NCBI RefSeq assembly: GCF_029227855.1
Contig: NZ_CP074356.1
Strand: one strand, 5' to 3'
DNA: 64,000 bases
Source of the DNA: Escherichia coli
GTDB taxonomy: Bacteria; Pseudomonadota; Gammaproteobacteria; Enterobacterales; Enterobacteriaceae
Shown here: in pieces, positions 37,501-49,078 of the stretch
Layout of the letters: every line of letters starts with the position of its first letter
How positions within the stretch are numbered: position 1 is the first letter of the stretch
Program-made: the position numbers and the translations under genes
The notes under the pieces: model-generated
Told to the model about the DNA's origin: nothing
Seen by the model: the letters and a program-made list of their open reading frames with translations, nothing else
The model's database searches: none

Positions 37501-38447
37501 TGTGCTGCCAGTCGGGTTGCCAGTTCCGGCAGCGTTTCTTGTGCCGCAATGTGAATCCCCAACGGCAAAACGTTGAGCACGGGTCCGGTAGCCGTCAGCG
37601 CCGCCGAGCCCAGTCGACGCATAAAGATAAATCCGGCGGCGTAGTCCATGCGATTGCACAATCGCCCCAGCCACAAGGCTGCCAACGCAAGTGCTAAATC
37701 GGTACGCTGCACACCTGAAAGTTGCGTAGCCAGCTGGCGGAATTCCCCGTCGGTAAACTCCAGTTTCAGGCGCAGAATATCTGCCGAGACGCTGCGCCCC
37801 GGTAAAGGTGCCGGAGAAAGTGACGCGGGCGGCGGCAGTTGACGACGCTGTTCCGTCCAGAATGCCGCATCACGCTGCCAGGCTTCGCTTTCGCGGTATT
37901 GCTGGTACTCTTCCACGACATCAGCGAAAGGCGTAAACGGCGAAGCAGGCGTTGGTTCGCCACGCAGCCATGCGCAGTAAATATTGGCGATCTGGCGGGT
38001 AATGGCCGGGAAACTGAAGCCATCGACCAGCAAATGGTGATAACGCTGATACCAGTACCAGCGGTTATCTGCCACCTGAATGAGCTGATGAAAGACCAGC
38101 GGTTTGCCGCTGTCGGCACGTAGATTTTGCTGTAAATCCGCCTGCATTAATGCCCGCGCAGTACCGTGCGGATCAATGTTGGTTCGCAGGTCGATAATTT
38201 CTGGCAGTTCGAACGTCAGCGCATCATCGACCCACTGCCAGACTTCGCCGTTATCTTCCGTAAAACGCATCCGCAGCGTATCTGCTTGCGCTATTCCGGC
38301 AACCACCGCGCGGGCCAGTAGTGGCGCATCAACCTCTCCGGTTAACTCAACGTAATGCGCCACGCTCCAGGCGGAGGGTAAATCCGACAGTTTTTCTGCC
38401 ATCCAGATGCCGGGCTGTGCGGCGACCAAAGGTAAATGCTGGCTCAT
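34566..38447 (-). CDS. entF: Enterobactin synthase component F (NRPS: C-A-PCP-TE), 1293 aa
   Basis: ORF track 34566..38447, MSQHLPLVAAQPGIWMAEKLSD...; adenylation motifs (FTSGSTGRPKGV), PCP (GGHSLLA), thioesterase GYSLGG. Confidence 0.96.
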   Translation of the reverse strand: MSQHLPLVAAQPGIWMAEKLSDLPSAWSVAHYVELTGEVDAPLLARAVVAGIAQADTLRMRFTEDNGEVWQWVDDALTFELPEIIDLRTNIDPHGTARALMQADLQQNLRADSGKPLVFHQLIQVADNRWYWYQRYHHLLVDGFSFPAITRQIANIYCAWLRGEPTPASPFTPFADVVEEYQQYRESEAWQRDAAFWTEQRRQLPPPASLSPAPLPGRSVSADILRLKLEFTDGEFRQLATQLSGVQRTDLALALAALWLGRLCNRMDYAAGFIFMRRLGSAALTATGPVLNVLPLGIHIAAQETLPELATRLAAQLKKMRRYQRYDAEQIVRDSGRAAGEEPLFGPVLNIKVFDYQLDIPGVQTQTHTLATGPVNDLELALFPDEHGDLSIEILANKQRYDEPTLIQHAERLKMLIAQFAADPALLCGDVDIMLPGEYVQLAQINATQVEIPETTLSALVAEQAAKTPHAPALVDASYQFSYREMREQVVALANLLRERGVKPGDSVAVALPRSVFLTLALHAIVEAGAAWLPLDTGYPDDRLKMMLEDARPSLLITTDDQLPRFADVPDLTSLCYNAPLTPQGSAPLKLSQPHHTAYIIFTSGSTGRPKGVMVGQTAIVNRLLWMQNHYPLTGEDVVAQKTPCSFDVSVWEFFWPFIAGAKLVMAEPEAHRDPLAMQQFFAEYGVTTTHFVPSMLAAFVASLTPQTARQNCATLKQVFCSGEALPADLCREWQQLTSVPLHNLYGPTEAAVDVSWYPAFGEELAQVRGSSVPIGYPVWNTGLRILDAMMHPVPPGVAGDLYLTGIQLAQGYLGRPDLTASRFIADPFAPGERMYRTGDVARWLDNGAVEYLGRSDDQLKIRGQRIELGEIDRVMQALPDVEQAVTHACVINQAAATGGDARQLVGYLVSQSGLPLDTTALQAQLRETLPPHMVPVVLLQLPQLPLSANGKLDRKALPLPELKAQAPGRAPKAGSETIIAAAFSSLLGCDVQDADADFFALGGHSLLAMKLAAQLSRQFTRQVTPGQVMVASTVAKLATIIDGEEDSSRRMGFETILPLREGNGPTLFCFHPASGFAWQFSVLSRYLDPQWSIIGIQSPRPNGPMQTAANLDEVCEAHLATLLEHQPHGPYYLLGYSLGGTLAQGIAARLRARGEQVAFFGLLDTWPPETQNWQEKEANGLDPEVLAEINREREAFLAAQQGSTSTELFTTIEGNYADAVRLLTTAHSVPFDGKATLFVAERTLQEGMNPERAWSPWIAELDIYRQDCAHVDIISPGAFEKIGPIIRATLNR

Positions 38448-38662
38448 TGTGCCTCCTGCAACTGGGTGAAATTCGCCGGTGTCAGAGTACGCCAGTGGGC
38501 TTCAAGCCACTGCTGGCAGGACGCCTGTGACTGCGGCTGACACACAACGACCCAGCCTGCCGGTAAGGCGCATTGTTGCGGCCACAGACTGAATTGCCCC
38601 TGCGCATTGCGCAAAATGTTAAACGCTCCCTGCGGATCATCGAAGGGATTACTGAATGCCAT
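38444..38662 (-). CDS. ybdZ: MbtH-like protein YbdZ, 72 aa
   Basis: ORF 38444..38668 (upstream TTG); start taken at ATG 38662 (MAFSNPFDDPQGAFNILRNAQGQFSLWPQQ...); overlaps the entF start by 4 nt. Confidence 0.88.
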   Translation of the reverse strand: MAFSNPFDDPQGAFNILRNAQGQFSLWPQQCALPAGWVVVCQPQSQASCQQWLEAHWRTLTPANFTQLQEAQ

Positions 38663-38664
38663 AT

Positions 38665-39867
38665 TCAACTCCTGTCATGGAAAAGTGGTTGCCAGAGGTC
38701 GATTAGCCCCTGCATCAAGCCACCGCGCCAACAAAGCGCATCATGTCCGCCGTCAACCTGACGCCAGAAAATGGATTCTTTTATGGGGTGTAATTGCGCA
38801 TACAGCGCCTGATTGGCCCGCATGATCATCGGCTCGCGAATACCCGCTTCCAGCATAATGCGCAGACCTTCGGCGCTAACTTCACCAGCTTTAAGTTGCT
38901 CAAGTAAAACACCTTCTTGCTGCCCGCCCCGATGAGGCCACCAGTACGATCCTGACTGGCTTAATACACAGCCAAAGCGTTCAGGCCAGTGCAGTCCGGC
39001 ATACAGCGCGGAAAGTCCACCAAAACTCTGCCCGGCGACCACGGTGCGATCGGCGCGATCGCTAAAAGGGGCAATAGCTTTCACCAGGGGTAATAACTCT
39101 TGCTGTACTGCCAGCCAGAAATCCGCATTACACGGCAGTTCGTGGGCGCGGTGCGTGGTGTCAATAGCGTCGATCAACACATACACGGCGGGAGGAAGTT
39201 GCTGACGATGGGTCAACGAAGTCAGCACAGGCCAGACAGGCATACTCTGCGCCCAAAATTCGCCATCGAGCAAAACTGCCAGCGGGCGTTCTCCTGCTGT
39301 TGCATCGCCGGTGGTAAAAATCCATACACGGCGTGAATTTTTCAACCGCTCACTTTTCCAGATAATTTCTTTGGCAGGCGTTTCTGGCGCTTGCGGACAA
39401 TCCCATCCCGGTTGTAGGGGCGCTTGCGGCATTTCGAGTGCAGAAACAGCGTGCCCTCGCCCGCCTTTCCAGCTTTGTGGATTCAGCGGATCGGCTATCG
39501 CCTGGGGCAATAGTTTTCGCCAGCCTTCACGTAATTCGAGGCGATCGGGGGATGGTGCAGAAAAAATGTCATCGCGTTCGGTGGGAATAAAACAGTAGCT
39601 GCCGCGCCAGTTGGCATTAAGTTGTGTCGTCCACTGCCAGACGTTGGTACCTGCAATTCGCTGCATCGACTGGGGCTGGCTGTTCTGATGGTGATCGGTC
39701 ACACCAGTGATGTAGACCCATACGCGCTTTATCGTCGAGTATTCTTCAGAACCTTGGGGATCACGCCACCAGAAAGTGACCTCAAACATTTCGTCATTCA
39801 GACGCTGCCATTCCGGGCCATGTTTCGACTGCCACCAGCTCTCACTTCCTACTTTTAACGCCGTCAC
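38665..39867 (-). CDS. fes: Enterochelin esterase Fes, 400 aa (start at GTG 39867; the internal ATG at 39789, MFEVTFWW..., would give 374 aa)
   Basis: ORF track 38665..39867, ...MFEVTFWWRDPQGSEEYSTIKRVWVYITGV...GQSFGG esterase motif; start codon choice uncertain. Confidence 0.88.
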   Translation of the reverse strand: MTALKVGSESWWQSKHGPEWQRLNDEMFEVTFWWRDPQGSEEYSTIKRVWVYITGVTDHHQNSQPQSMQRIAGTNVWQWTTQLNANWRGSYCFIPTERDDIFSAPSPDRLELREGWRKLLPQAIADPLNPQSWKGGRGHAVSALEMPQAPLQPGWDCPQAPETPAKEIIWKSERLKNSRRVWIFTTGDATAGERPLAVLLDGEFWAQSMPVWPVLTSLTHRQQLPPAVYVLIDAIDTTHRAHELPCNADFWLAVQQELLPLVKAIAPFSDRADRTVVAGQSFGGLSALYAGLHWPERFGCVLSQSGSYWWPHRGGQQEGVLLEQLKAGEVSAEGLRIMLEAGIREPMIMRANQALYAQLHPIKESIFWRQVDGGHDALCWRGGLMQGLIDLWQPLFHDRS

Positions 39868-39913
39868 ACCATAACCCCATGTTTACTGTGAAATTTTTCA
39901 TTGATTGCAGAAA

Positions 39914-39943
39914 TATATTGATAATATTATTGATAACTATTTG
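39914..39943. promoter_or_regulatory. Fur box(es) in the divergent fes / fepA promoter region
   Basis: ATATTGATAATATTATTGATAACTATTTGC: overlapping Fur-consensus hexamer repeats between the divergent iron-regulated genes. Confidence 0.7.
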
Positions 39944-40109
39944 CATTTGCAATAGCGTAATGGCGCGCCGTGGGAAGCGCGGACATTAATTAACCAACTG
40001 CACTGCGTGTCTTTCAGGATCAAAGGTTTTCGCGGTAGCGGGATGCGTCGTGTTGATGACGACCATGCCCGACAGTTGCAATTCGTGGCAAAAATGCAGG
40101 AATAAAACA

Positions 40110-42350
40110 ATGAACAAGAAGATTCATTCCCTGGCCTTGTTGGTCAATCTGGGGATTTATGGGGTAGCACAGGCACAAGAGCCAACCGATACTCCTGTTT
40201 CACATGACGATACCATTGTCGTTACCGCCGCCGAGCAGAACTTGCAGGCACCTGGCGTTTCGACCATCACCGCAGATGAAATCCGCAAAAACCCGGTTGC
40301 CCGCGATGTGTCGGAGATCATCCGTACCATGCCAGGCGTTAACCTGACCGGTAACTCCACCAGTGGTCAGCGTGGGAATAACCGACAGATTGATATTCGC
40401 GGCATGGGTCCGGAAAACACGCTGATTTTGATTGACGGCAAGCCGGTAAGCAGCCGTAACTCGGTGCGTCAGGGCTGGCGTGGCGAGCGCGATACCCGTG
40501 GTGATACCTCCTGGGTGCCACCTGAAATGATTGAACGTATTGAAGTTCTGCGTGGTCCGGCAGCTGCGCGTTATGGCAACGGCGCGGCGGGCGGCGTGGT
40601 TAACATCATTACCAAAAAAGGCAGTGGTGAGTGGCACGGCTCGTGGGACGCATATTTCAATGCGCCAGAACATAAAGAGGAAGGTGCCACCAAACGCACT
40701 AACTTTAGCCTCACCGGTCCGCTGGGCGACGAATTCAGCTTCCGCTTGTATGGCAACCTCGACAAAACTCAGGCTGACGCGTGGGATATCAACCAGGGCC
40801 ATCAGTCCGCGCGTGCCGGAACGTATGCCACGACGTTACCAGCCGGGCGCGAAGGGGTGATCAATAAAGATATTAACGGCGTGGTGCGCTGGGACTTCGC
40901 ACCATTACAATCGCTGGAACTGGAAGCAGGTTACAGCCGCCAGGGTAACCTGTATGCGGGCGATACCCAGAACACCAACTCTGACTCCTATACCCGCTCG
41001 AAATATGGCGATGAAACCAACCGTCTGTATCGCCAGAACTACTCGCTGACCTGGAACGGCGGCTGGGATAACGGCGTGACCACCAGCAACTGGGTGCAGT
41101 ACGAACACACCCGTAACTCGCGTATTCCGGAAGGTCTGGCGGGCGGTACCGAAGGGAAATTTAACGAAAAAGCGACACAGGATTTCGTCGATATCGATCT
41201 CGATGACGTGATGCTGCACAGCGAAGTTAACCTGCCGATTGATTTCCTCGTTAACCAGACGCTGACGCTGGGTACGGAGTGGAATCAGCAGCGGATGAAG
41301 GACTTGAGTTCCAACACCCAGGCGCTCACCGGGACGAATACCGGCGGCGCTATTGATGGCGTGAGTGCCACCGACCGTAGCCCGTATTCAAAAGCAGAAA
41401 TTTTCTCGCTGTTTGCCGAAAACAATATGGAGCTGACTGACAGCACCATCGTAACGCCGGGGCTGCGTTTCGATCATCACAGCATTGTTGGCAATAACTG
41501 GAGTCCGGCTCTAAACATATCGCAAGGTTTAGGCGATGACTTCACGCTGAAAATGGGCATTGCCCGTGCTTATAAAGCGCCGAGTCTGTACCAGACTAAC
41601 CCAAACTACATTCTCTACAGTAAAGGTCAGGGCTGCTATGCCAGCGCGGGCGGCTGCTATCTGCAAGGTAATGATGACCTGAAAGCGGAAACCAGCATCA
41701 ACAAAGAGATTGGTCTGGAGTTCAAACGCGACGGCTGGCTGGCGGGTGTGACCTGGTTCCGTAACGATTATCGCAATAAGATTGAAGCGGGCTATGTGGC
41801 TGTAGGGCAAAACGCAGTCGGCACCGATCTCTATCAGTGGGATAACGTACCGAAAGCGGTGGTTGAAGGTCTGGAAGGATCGTTAAACGTACCGGTTAGC
41901 GAAACGGTGATGTGGACCAATAACATCACTTATATGCTGAAGAGTGAAAACAAAACCACGGGCGACCGTTTGTCGATCATCCCGGAGTATACGTTGAACT
42001 CAACGCTGAGCTGGCAGGCACGGGAAGATTTGTCGATGCAAACAACCTTCACCTGGTACGGCAAGCAGCAGCCGAAGAAGTACAACTATAAAGGTCAGCC
42101 AGCGGTTGGACCGGAAACCAAAGAAATCAGTCCGTACAGCATTGTGGGTCTGAGCGCGACCTGGGATGTGACGAAGAATGTCAGTCTGACCGGCGGCGTG
42201 GACAACCTGTTCGACAAACGTTTGTGGCGTGCAGGTAATGCCCAGACCACGGGCGATCTGGCAGGAGCCAACTATATCGCCGGTGCCGGGGCGTATACCT
42301 ATAACGAGCCGGGACGTACGTGGTATATGAGCATTAATACTCACTTCTGA
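40110..42350 (+). CDS. fepA: Ferric-enterobactin TonB-dependent outer-membrane receptor FepA, 746 aa
   Basis: ORF 40050..42350 (upstream GTG); start taken at ATG 40110 (MNKKIHSLALLVNLGIYGVAQAQE... signal peptide); TonB box DTIVVTA; C-terminal aromatic residue. Confidence 0.95.
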   Translation: MNKKIHSLALLVNLGIYGVAQAQEPTDTPVSHDDTIVVTAAEQNLQAPGVSTITADEIRKNPVARDVSEIIRTMPGVNLTGNSTSGQRGNNRQIDIRGMGPENTLILIDGKPVSSRNSVRQGWRGERDTRGDTSWVPPEMIERIEVLRGPAAARYGNGAAGGVVNIITKKGSGEWHGSWDAYFNAPEHKEEGATKRTNFSLTGPLGDEFSFRLYGNLDKTQADAWDINQGHQSARAGTYATTLPAGREGVINKDINGVVRWDFAPLQSLELEAGYSRQGNLYAGDTQNTNSDSYTRSKYGDETNRLYRQNYSLTWNGGWDNGVTTSNWVQYEHTRNSRIPEGLAGGTEGKFNEKATQDFVDIDLDDVMLHSEVNLPIDFLVNQTLTLGTEWNQQRMKDLSSNTQALTGTNTGGAIDGVSATDRSPYSKAEIFSLFAENNMELTDSTIVTPGLRFDHHSIVGNNWSPALNISQGLGDDFTLKMGIARAYKAPSLYQTNPNYILYSKGQGCYASAGGCYLQGNDDLKAETSINKEIGLEFKRDGWLAGVTWFRNDYRNKIEAGYVAVGQNAVGTDLYQWDNVPKAVVEGLEGSLNVPVSETVMWTNNITYMLKSENKTTGDRLSIIPEYTLNSTLSWQAREDLSMQTTFTWYGKQQPKKYNYKGQPAVGPETKEISPYSIVGLSATWDVTKNVSLTGGVDNLFDKRLWRAGNAQTTGDLAGANYIAGAGAYTYNEPGRTWYMSINTHF

Positions 42351-42388
42351 TGCTAACGTCAGATTGTTGACAAAGTGCGCGTAGTTCA

Positions 42389-42487
42389 TGCCGGATGCGG
42401 CGTGAACGCCTTATCCGGCCTACAAAAATCTTGCCAATTCAATATATTGCAGGACCACGTAGGCCTGATAAGCGTAGCGCATCAGGC
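42389..42487. repeat. REP/BIME element (two palindromic units) in the fepA-entD spacer
   Basis: GCCGGATGCGGCGTGAACGCCTTATCCGGCCTAC and GTAGGCCTGATAAGCGTAGCGCATCAGGCA are canonical enterobacterial REP palindromic units. Confidence 0.85.
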
Positions 42488-42524
42488 AGTTTTGCGTTTG
42501 TCATCAGTCTCTAATATGGTCGAC

Positions 42525-43145
42525 ATGAAAACTACGCATACCGCCCTCCCCTTTGCCGGAAATACGCTGCATTTTGTTAAGTTCGATCCGGCGAGTTTTT
42601 GTGAGCAGGATTTACTCTGGCTGCCACACTACGCGCAACTGCAACACGCTGGACGTAAACGTAAAACAGAGCATTTAGCCGGACGGATCGCTGCAGTTTA
42701 TGCGCTGCGGGAATATGGCTATAAATGTGTGCCCGCAATCGGCGAGCTACGCCAACCTGTGTGGCCTGCGGGGGTATACGGCAGTATTAGCCACTGTGGG
42801 GCTACGGCATTAGCCGTGGTATCTCGTCAACCGATTGGCATTGATATTGAAGAAATTTTTTCTGCGCAAACAGCGGCAGAATTGACAGACAACATTATTA
42901 CACCAGCAGAACACGAGCGACTCGCAGAATGCGGTTTAACCTTTTCTCTGGCGCTGACACTGGCATTTTCCGCCAAAGAGAGCGCATTTAAGGCAAGCAA
43001 GATACAGGCCGCTCAAGGTTTTCTGGATTATCAGATAATTAGCTGGAATAAACAGCAGATCATCATTCGACTAGAGGATGAGCAGTTTGCTGTGCACTGG
43101 CAGATAAAAGAAAAAATAGTCATAACGCTGTGCCAACACGATTAA
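42525..43145 (+). CDS. entD: Enterobactin synthase 4'-phosphopantetheinyl transferase EntD, 206 aa
   Basis: ORF 42375..43145 reads through the REP element and is over-extended; start taken at ATG 42525 (MKTTHTALPFAGNTLHFVKFDPASF...); an ATG 9 nt upstream (42516, MVDMKTT...) is an alternative. Confidence 0.85.
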   Translation: MKTTHTALPFAGNTLHFVKFDPASFCEQDLLWLPHYAQLQHAGRKRKTEHLAGRIAAVYALREYGYKCVPAIGELRQPVWPAGVYGSISHCGATALAVVSRQPIGIDIEEIFSAQTAAELTDNIITPAEHERLAECGLTFSLALTLAFSAKESAFKASKIQAAQGFLDYQIISWNKQQIIIRLEDEQFAVHWQIKEKIVITLCQHD

Positions 43146-43266
43146 TTGACAACATCTGGTACGATTCGCCCGCAGCCATTACTGACCGCGGGCGAAAGTG
43201 TAAAGCAGGTGCCTTACCATCCTGACCTGACAACCGGATATGCGGGGATTGCTCCCCGCACAACGG

Positions 43267-43419
43267 CTACTTCTTCGGTTCGTAAGCGAGAACAGCCTTA
43301 AACTCAATATTACGTTCCTTCACCGTAAACTCACACAGCGAGTCGCGGACCAGAAGCGTAAATCCCAGCACCGTTAAACACAGCACTATGACTGCCACAA
43401 GGGCATATTTCGTCAGCAT
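43267..43419 (-). CDS. hokE: Hok-family membrane toxin, copy A, 50 aa (Arg at position 25)
   Basis: ORF 43267..43455; Hok start at ATG 43419 with GGAGG Shine-Dalgarno: [50 protein letters not shown]. Confidence 0.8.
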   Translation of the reverse strand: MLTKYALVAVIVLCLTVLGFTLLVRDSLCEFTVKERNIEFKAVLAYEPKK

Positions 43420-43519
43420 GTTTATATTGCCTCCATGCGAAGAAGGGACTACCATCCGAGTTGTTCAGGTTTGGGTAGGTAGCCCCAGGGTTGATAGAAA
43501 TATCGTCCTGGGGCTTCAT
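43331..43519 (-). CDS. mok-like overlapping reading frame of hok copy A, 62 aa
   Basis: ORF track 43331..43519 ([20 protein letters not shown]...), starts upstream of hok and overlaps it out of frame, the arrangement known for mok in hok/sok loci. Confidence 0.4.
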   Translation of the reverse strand: MKPQDDISINPGATYPNLNNSDGSPFFAWRQYKHADEICPCGSHSAVFNGAGIYASGPRLAV

Positions 43520-43670
43520 CTTTCCAGACCTCAGAGTTAACCTGAAACCGGAAAGCTTCAGGCACCCGCCGTTATCTTACCCTTCCTCAGCAAAATAGCT
43601 GTTTATTTATACAGTGAATCCTGTTTCGGACTTCTGTTGGCAAAACTGATCATTGCCCTTAAAACGACAT

Positions 43671-44139
43671 CGCCCGCAGCCATTGCTGACCGCGGGCGAA
43701 AGTGTAAAGCAGGTGCCTTACCACCCTGACCTGACAACCGGATATGCGGGGATTACTCCCCGCACAACGGCTACTTCTTCGGTTCGTAAGCGAGAACAGC
43801 CTTAAACTCAATATTACGTTCCTTCACCGTAAACTCACACAGCGAGTCTCCGACCAGAAGCGTAAATCCCAGTACCGTCAAACACAGCACTATGACTGCC
43901 ACAAGGGCATATTTCGTCAGCATGTTTATATTGCCTCCATGCGAAGAAGGGACTACCATCCAAATTGTCTGGTTTGGAGTGGCAGCCCCAGGGTTGATAG
44001 AAATATCTCCTGGGGCTTCATCTTTCCAGACCTCAGAGTAAACCTGAAACCGGAAAGCTTCAGGCACCCGCCGTTATCTTACCCTTCCTCAGCAAAATGG
44101 CTGTTTATTTATACAGTGAGTCCTGTTTCGGACTTCTCA
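43671..44139 (-). other. hok/sok-type type I toxin-antitoxin locus, copy B (hokE-like), boundaries approximate
   Basis: Tandem direct repeat of copy A with a 504-bp period; same stem-loops; differs by several substitutions and small indels in the mok/leader region. Confidence 0.8.
43771..43923 (-). CDS. hokE: Hok-family membrane toxin, copy B, 50 aa (Gly at position 25)
   Basis: ORF 43771..44067; Hok start at ATG 43923 with GGAGG Shine-Dalgarno: [50 protein letters not shown]. In this copy the upstream frame is fused in-frame to hok. Confidence 0.8.
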   Translation of the reverse strand: MLTKYALVAVIVLCLTVLGFTLLVGDSLCEFTVKERNIEFKAVLAYEPKK

Positions 44140-44354
44140 CTCCTAATTTGATCAACTGAAGCTGAACCCGTTTTTTTCTGCATGCCTCAATCGTCAAAAT
44201 TCTTCGCCACCAGCCAGCTCTGCCATAACTTGTCACATTGCAAAAGTAGCCAAATTGCTTCAGTCACCATCACCAAAAAAAAGAAACATTCCAGAACTTC
44301 CGCATCTCGCCCAGCCGCTCCGACTTCTATACTGAATAGAAAACGCCAACATAA

Positions 44355-45482
<1,128 letters not shown>

Positions 45483-45547
45483 GCCGGGAATTGCCTTACA
45501 GAAGAATATCCCTGACAATGGTGTTTTAACTTACATTTAACAATGTT

Positions 45548-45796
45548 ATGAAACACCCTTTAGAAACCTTGACCACCGCAGCAGGCATTTTGCTGATGGC
45601 TTTCCTTTCTTGCCTGCTGCTGCCCGCCCCCGCACTGGGGCTGACGCTGGCACAAAAACTGGTGACCATGTTCCATCTGATGGATCTTAGCCAGCTTTAC
45701 ACTTTATTGTTTTGTCTGTGGTTTTTAGTGCTGGGCGCTATTGAGTATTTTGTTCTGCGCTTTATCTGGCGACGCTGGTTCTCGCTGGCGGATTAA
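45548..45796 (+). CDS. ybdJ: Small inner-membrane protein YbdJ (DUF1158), 82 aa
   Basis: ORF track 45548..45796, [33 protein letters not shown]...; two predicted TM helices; synteny. Confidence 0.85.
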   Translation: MKHPLETLTTAAGILLMAFLSCLLLPAPALGLTLAQKLVTMFHLMDLSQLYTLLFCLWFLVLGAIEYFVLRFIWRRWFSLAD

Positions 45797-45860
45797 ACGT
45801 CGATTATCGCCGAACTTCGCGGCATACTTTGCTTATTCTCCTTCGCCTAAAGGAACGTTT

Positions 45861-46229
45861 ATGGATAAGCAATCACTGCACGAAACGGCGAAACGCCTGG
45901 CCCTTGAGTTACCCTTTGTCGAGCTTTGCTGGCCTTTTGGCCCGGAGTTCGATGTTTTTAAAATTGGCGGCAAGATTTTTATGCTGTCGTCGGAGCTGCG
46001 CGGCGTCCCCTTTATCAATCTGAAGTCCGATCCACAAAAATCCCTGTTAAATCAGCAGATATACCCGAGCATTAAACCAGGATATCACATGAATAAAAAG
46101 CACTGGATTTCGGTTTATCCCGGCGAGGAAATCTCCGAAGCGTTACTTAGCGATCTGATCAACGATTCGTGGAATCTGGTGGTTGATGGTCTGGCTAAAC
46201 GCGATCAAAAAAGAGTGCGTCCAGGCTAA
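45861..46229 (+). CDS. ybdF: Uncharacterized protein YbdF (DUF419/YjbR-like), 122 aa
   Basis: ORF 45741..46229; start taken at ATG 45861 ([27 protein letters not shown]...). Confidence 0.85.
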   Translation: MDKQSLHETAKRLALELPFVELCWPFGPEFDVFKIGGKIFMLSSELRGVPFINLKSDPQKSLLNQQIYPSIKPGYHMNKKHWISVYPGEEISEALLSDLINDSWNLVVDGLAKRDQKRVRPG

Positions 46230-46322
46230 AGCGGAAATCTATAGCGCATTTTTCTCGCTTACCATTTCTCGTTGAACCTTGTAATCTGCTGGCACGCAAA
46301 ATTACTTTCACATGGAGTCTTT

Positions 46323-46976
46323 ATGGATATCATTTCTGTCGCCTTAAAGCGTCATTCCACTAAGGCATTTGATGCCAGCAAAAAACTTACCCCGGAACAG
46401 GCCGAGCAGATCAAAACGCTACTGCAATACAGCCCATCCAGCACTAACTCCCAGCCGTGGCATTTTATTGTTGCCAGCACGGAAGAAGGTAAAGCGCGTG
46501 TTGCCAAATCCGCTGCCGGTAATTACGTGTTCAACGAGCGTAAAATACTTGATGCCTCGCACGTCGTGGTGTTCTGTGCAAAAACCGCGATGGACGATGC
46601 CTGGCTGAAGCTGGTTGTTGACCAGGAAGATGCCGATGGCCGCTTTGCCACGCCGGAAGCGAAAGCCGCGAACGATAAAGGTCGCAAGTTCTTCGCCGAT
46701 ATACACCGTAAAGATCTGCATGATGATGCGCAGTGGATGGCAAAACAGGTTTATCTCAACGTCGGTAACTTCCTGCTCGGCGTGGCGGCGCTGGGTCTGG
46801 ACGCGGTGCCCATCGAAGGTTTTGACGCCGCCATCCTCGATGCAGAATTTGGTCTGAAAGAGAAAGGCTACACCAGTCTGGTGGTTGTTCCGGTAGGTCA
46901 TCACAGCGTTGAAGATTTTAACGCTACGCTGCCGAAATCTCGTCTGCCGCAAAACATCACCTTAACCGAAGTGTAA
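46323..46976 (+). CDS. nfsB: Oxygen-insensitive NAD(P)H nitroreductase NfsB, 217 aa
   Basis: ORF 46272..46976; start taken at ATG 46323 ([31 protein letters not shown]...). Confidence 0.93.
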   Translation: MDIISVALKRHSTKAFDASKKLTPEQAEQIKTLLQYSPSSTNSQPWHFIVASTEEGKARVAKSAAGNYVFNERKILDASHVVVFCAKTAMDDAWLKLVVDQEDADGRFATPEAKAANDKGRKFFADIHRKDLHDDAQWMAKQVYLNVGNFLLGVAALGLDAVPIEGFDAAILDAEFGLKEKGYTSLVVVPVGHHSVEDFNATLPKSRLPQNITLTEV

Positions 46977-46995
46977 TTCTCTCTTGCCGGGCATC

Positions 46996-47020
46996 TGCCC
47001 GGCTATTTCCCCTCAGATTC
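46996..47020 (+). terminator. Terminator hairpin downstream of nfsB
   Basis: GCCGGGCATCTGCCCGGC perfect hairpin followed by TATTTCC, 20 nt after the nfsB stop. Confidence 0.5.
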
Positions 47021-47035
47021 TCCTGATTTGCATAA

Positions 47036-48331
<1,296 letters not shown>

Positions 48332-48333
48332 TT

Positions 48334-49046
48334 AATAAATATCCTCCGGCATAGCCGGAGGTTTTTCAAATGCGCCTATAAGGCTCTCTTACCAGCCGCG
48401 CCCTAACAGGCGCACACGATCTGACATTTGCATCCAACTTCGTTACTTACGGCCCGTAAACGGGCTGCCCGGATAGGGAATCGATAACTGCTCTCCCATT
48501 TTATCCTCTTCAAGCTGGTGCTTTATGTAATCCTGTATCTTCGCCGTGTTCTTACCCACTGTATCGACGTAGTACCCTCTGCACCAGAACTCCCTGTTCC
48601 TGTATTTGAATTTCAAATCACCAAACTGCTCGTAAAGCATCAGACTGCTTTTCCCTTTCAGATATCCCATAAACCCGGATACGCTCATTTTGGGCGGGAT
48701 CTCCACAAGCATATGGATATGATCTGCACAGCATTCAGCTTCCAGAATCCGTACGCTTTTCCACTCACACAGCTTTCTCAAAATACTGCCTATTGCTCTA
48801 CGCTTCTCTCTGTAGAACACCTGTCTTCGGTATTTTGGCGCAAAAACTATGTGATATTTACAGTTCCATCGGGTGTGCGCTAAGCTCTTTTCGTTCCCCA
48901 TTGGGACCCCCTTTTGATTTCTTGTTTGACACTTGCAGTTGCCAGACCGCAAAGTGTTTTAACAAATCAAAAGGGGTTTTAATAACTGGCTCAAAGCTGA
49001 AAGCTTTCCGGAACCCCCAGCCTAGCTGGGGGTTTTCTGTGCACAA
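48334..49046 (-). mobile_element. IS200 copy 2 (IS200/IS605 family), ~713 bp, inverted relative to copy 1; boundaries approximate
   Basis: Reverse complement matches copy 1 over its full length; I saw one mismatch in the noncoding left part plus one TnpA codon difference. Begins 3 bp after the ybdG stop; its other end abuts the pheP terminator hairpin. Confidence 0.85.
48443..48901 (-). CDS. tnpA: IS200 transposase TnpA, 152 aa
   Basis: ORF 48443..48952; start taken at the ATG at 48901 (MGNEKSLAHTRWNCKYHIVFAPKYRR...); differs from copy 1 at one residue (Ile versus Thr in ...KIQDY[I/T]KHQ...). Confidence 0.9.
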   Translation of the reverse strand: MGNEKSLAHTRWNCKYHIVFAPKYRRQVFYREKRRAIGSILRKLCEWKSVRILEAECCADHIHMLVEIPPKMSVSGFMGYLKGKSSLMLYEQFGDLKFKYRNREFWCRGYYVDTVGKNTAKIQDYIKHQLEEDKMGEQLSIPYPGSPFTGRK

Positions 49047-49078
49047 AAAAACCGCTCTCATCGAATGGATGAGAGCGG
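49044..49078 (-). terminator. Rho-independent terminator of pheP (minus strand)
   Basis: CCGCTCTCATC-GAATG-GATGAGAGCGG hairpin followed on the minus strand by a 7-nt U-run; a degenerate REP-like palindrome lies between it and the pheP stop. Confidence 0.65.

Larger units (their letters stand above)
43167..43640 (-). other. hok/sok-type type I toxin-antitoxin locus, copy A (hokE-like), boundaries approximate
   Basis: Contains a 50-aa Hok ORF, an overlapping out-of-frame mok-like ORF (complement 43331..43519), a 3' stem-loop CGCCCGC...GCGGGCG and a hairpin AGCCCCAGG...CCTGGGGCT over the mok start; roughly 95 percent identical by eye to copy B over ~470 bp. Antisense Sok RNA expected on the plus strand but not delimited. 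Confidence 0.8.

Noticed and set aside
42375-42524. N-terminal extension of the entD ORF (256-aa version in the ORF track)
   Set aside because: The extension reads straight through the two REP palindromic units; the conserved EntD N-terminus begins at MKTTHT (42525).
43167-44139. Possible CRISPR array or other short-repeat array suggested by the repetitive region after entD
   Set aside because: Only two repeat units, each ~470 bp and protein-coding (hok); no short direct repeats with unique spacers and no cas genes.
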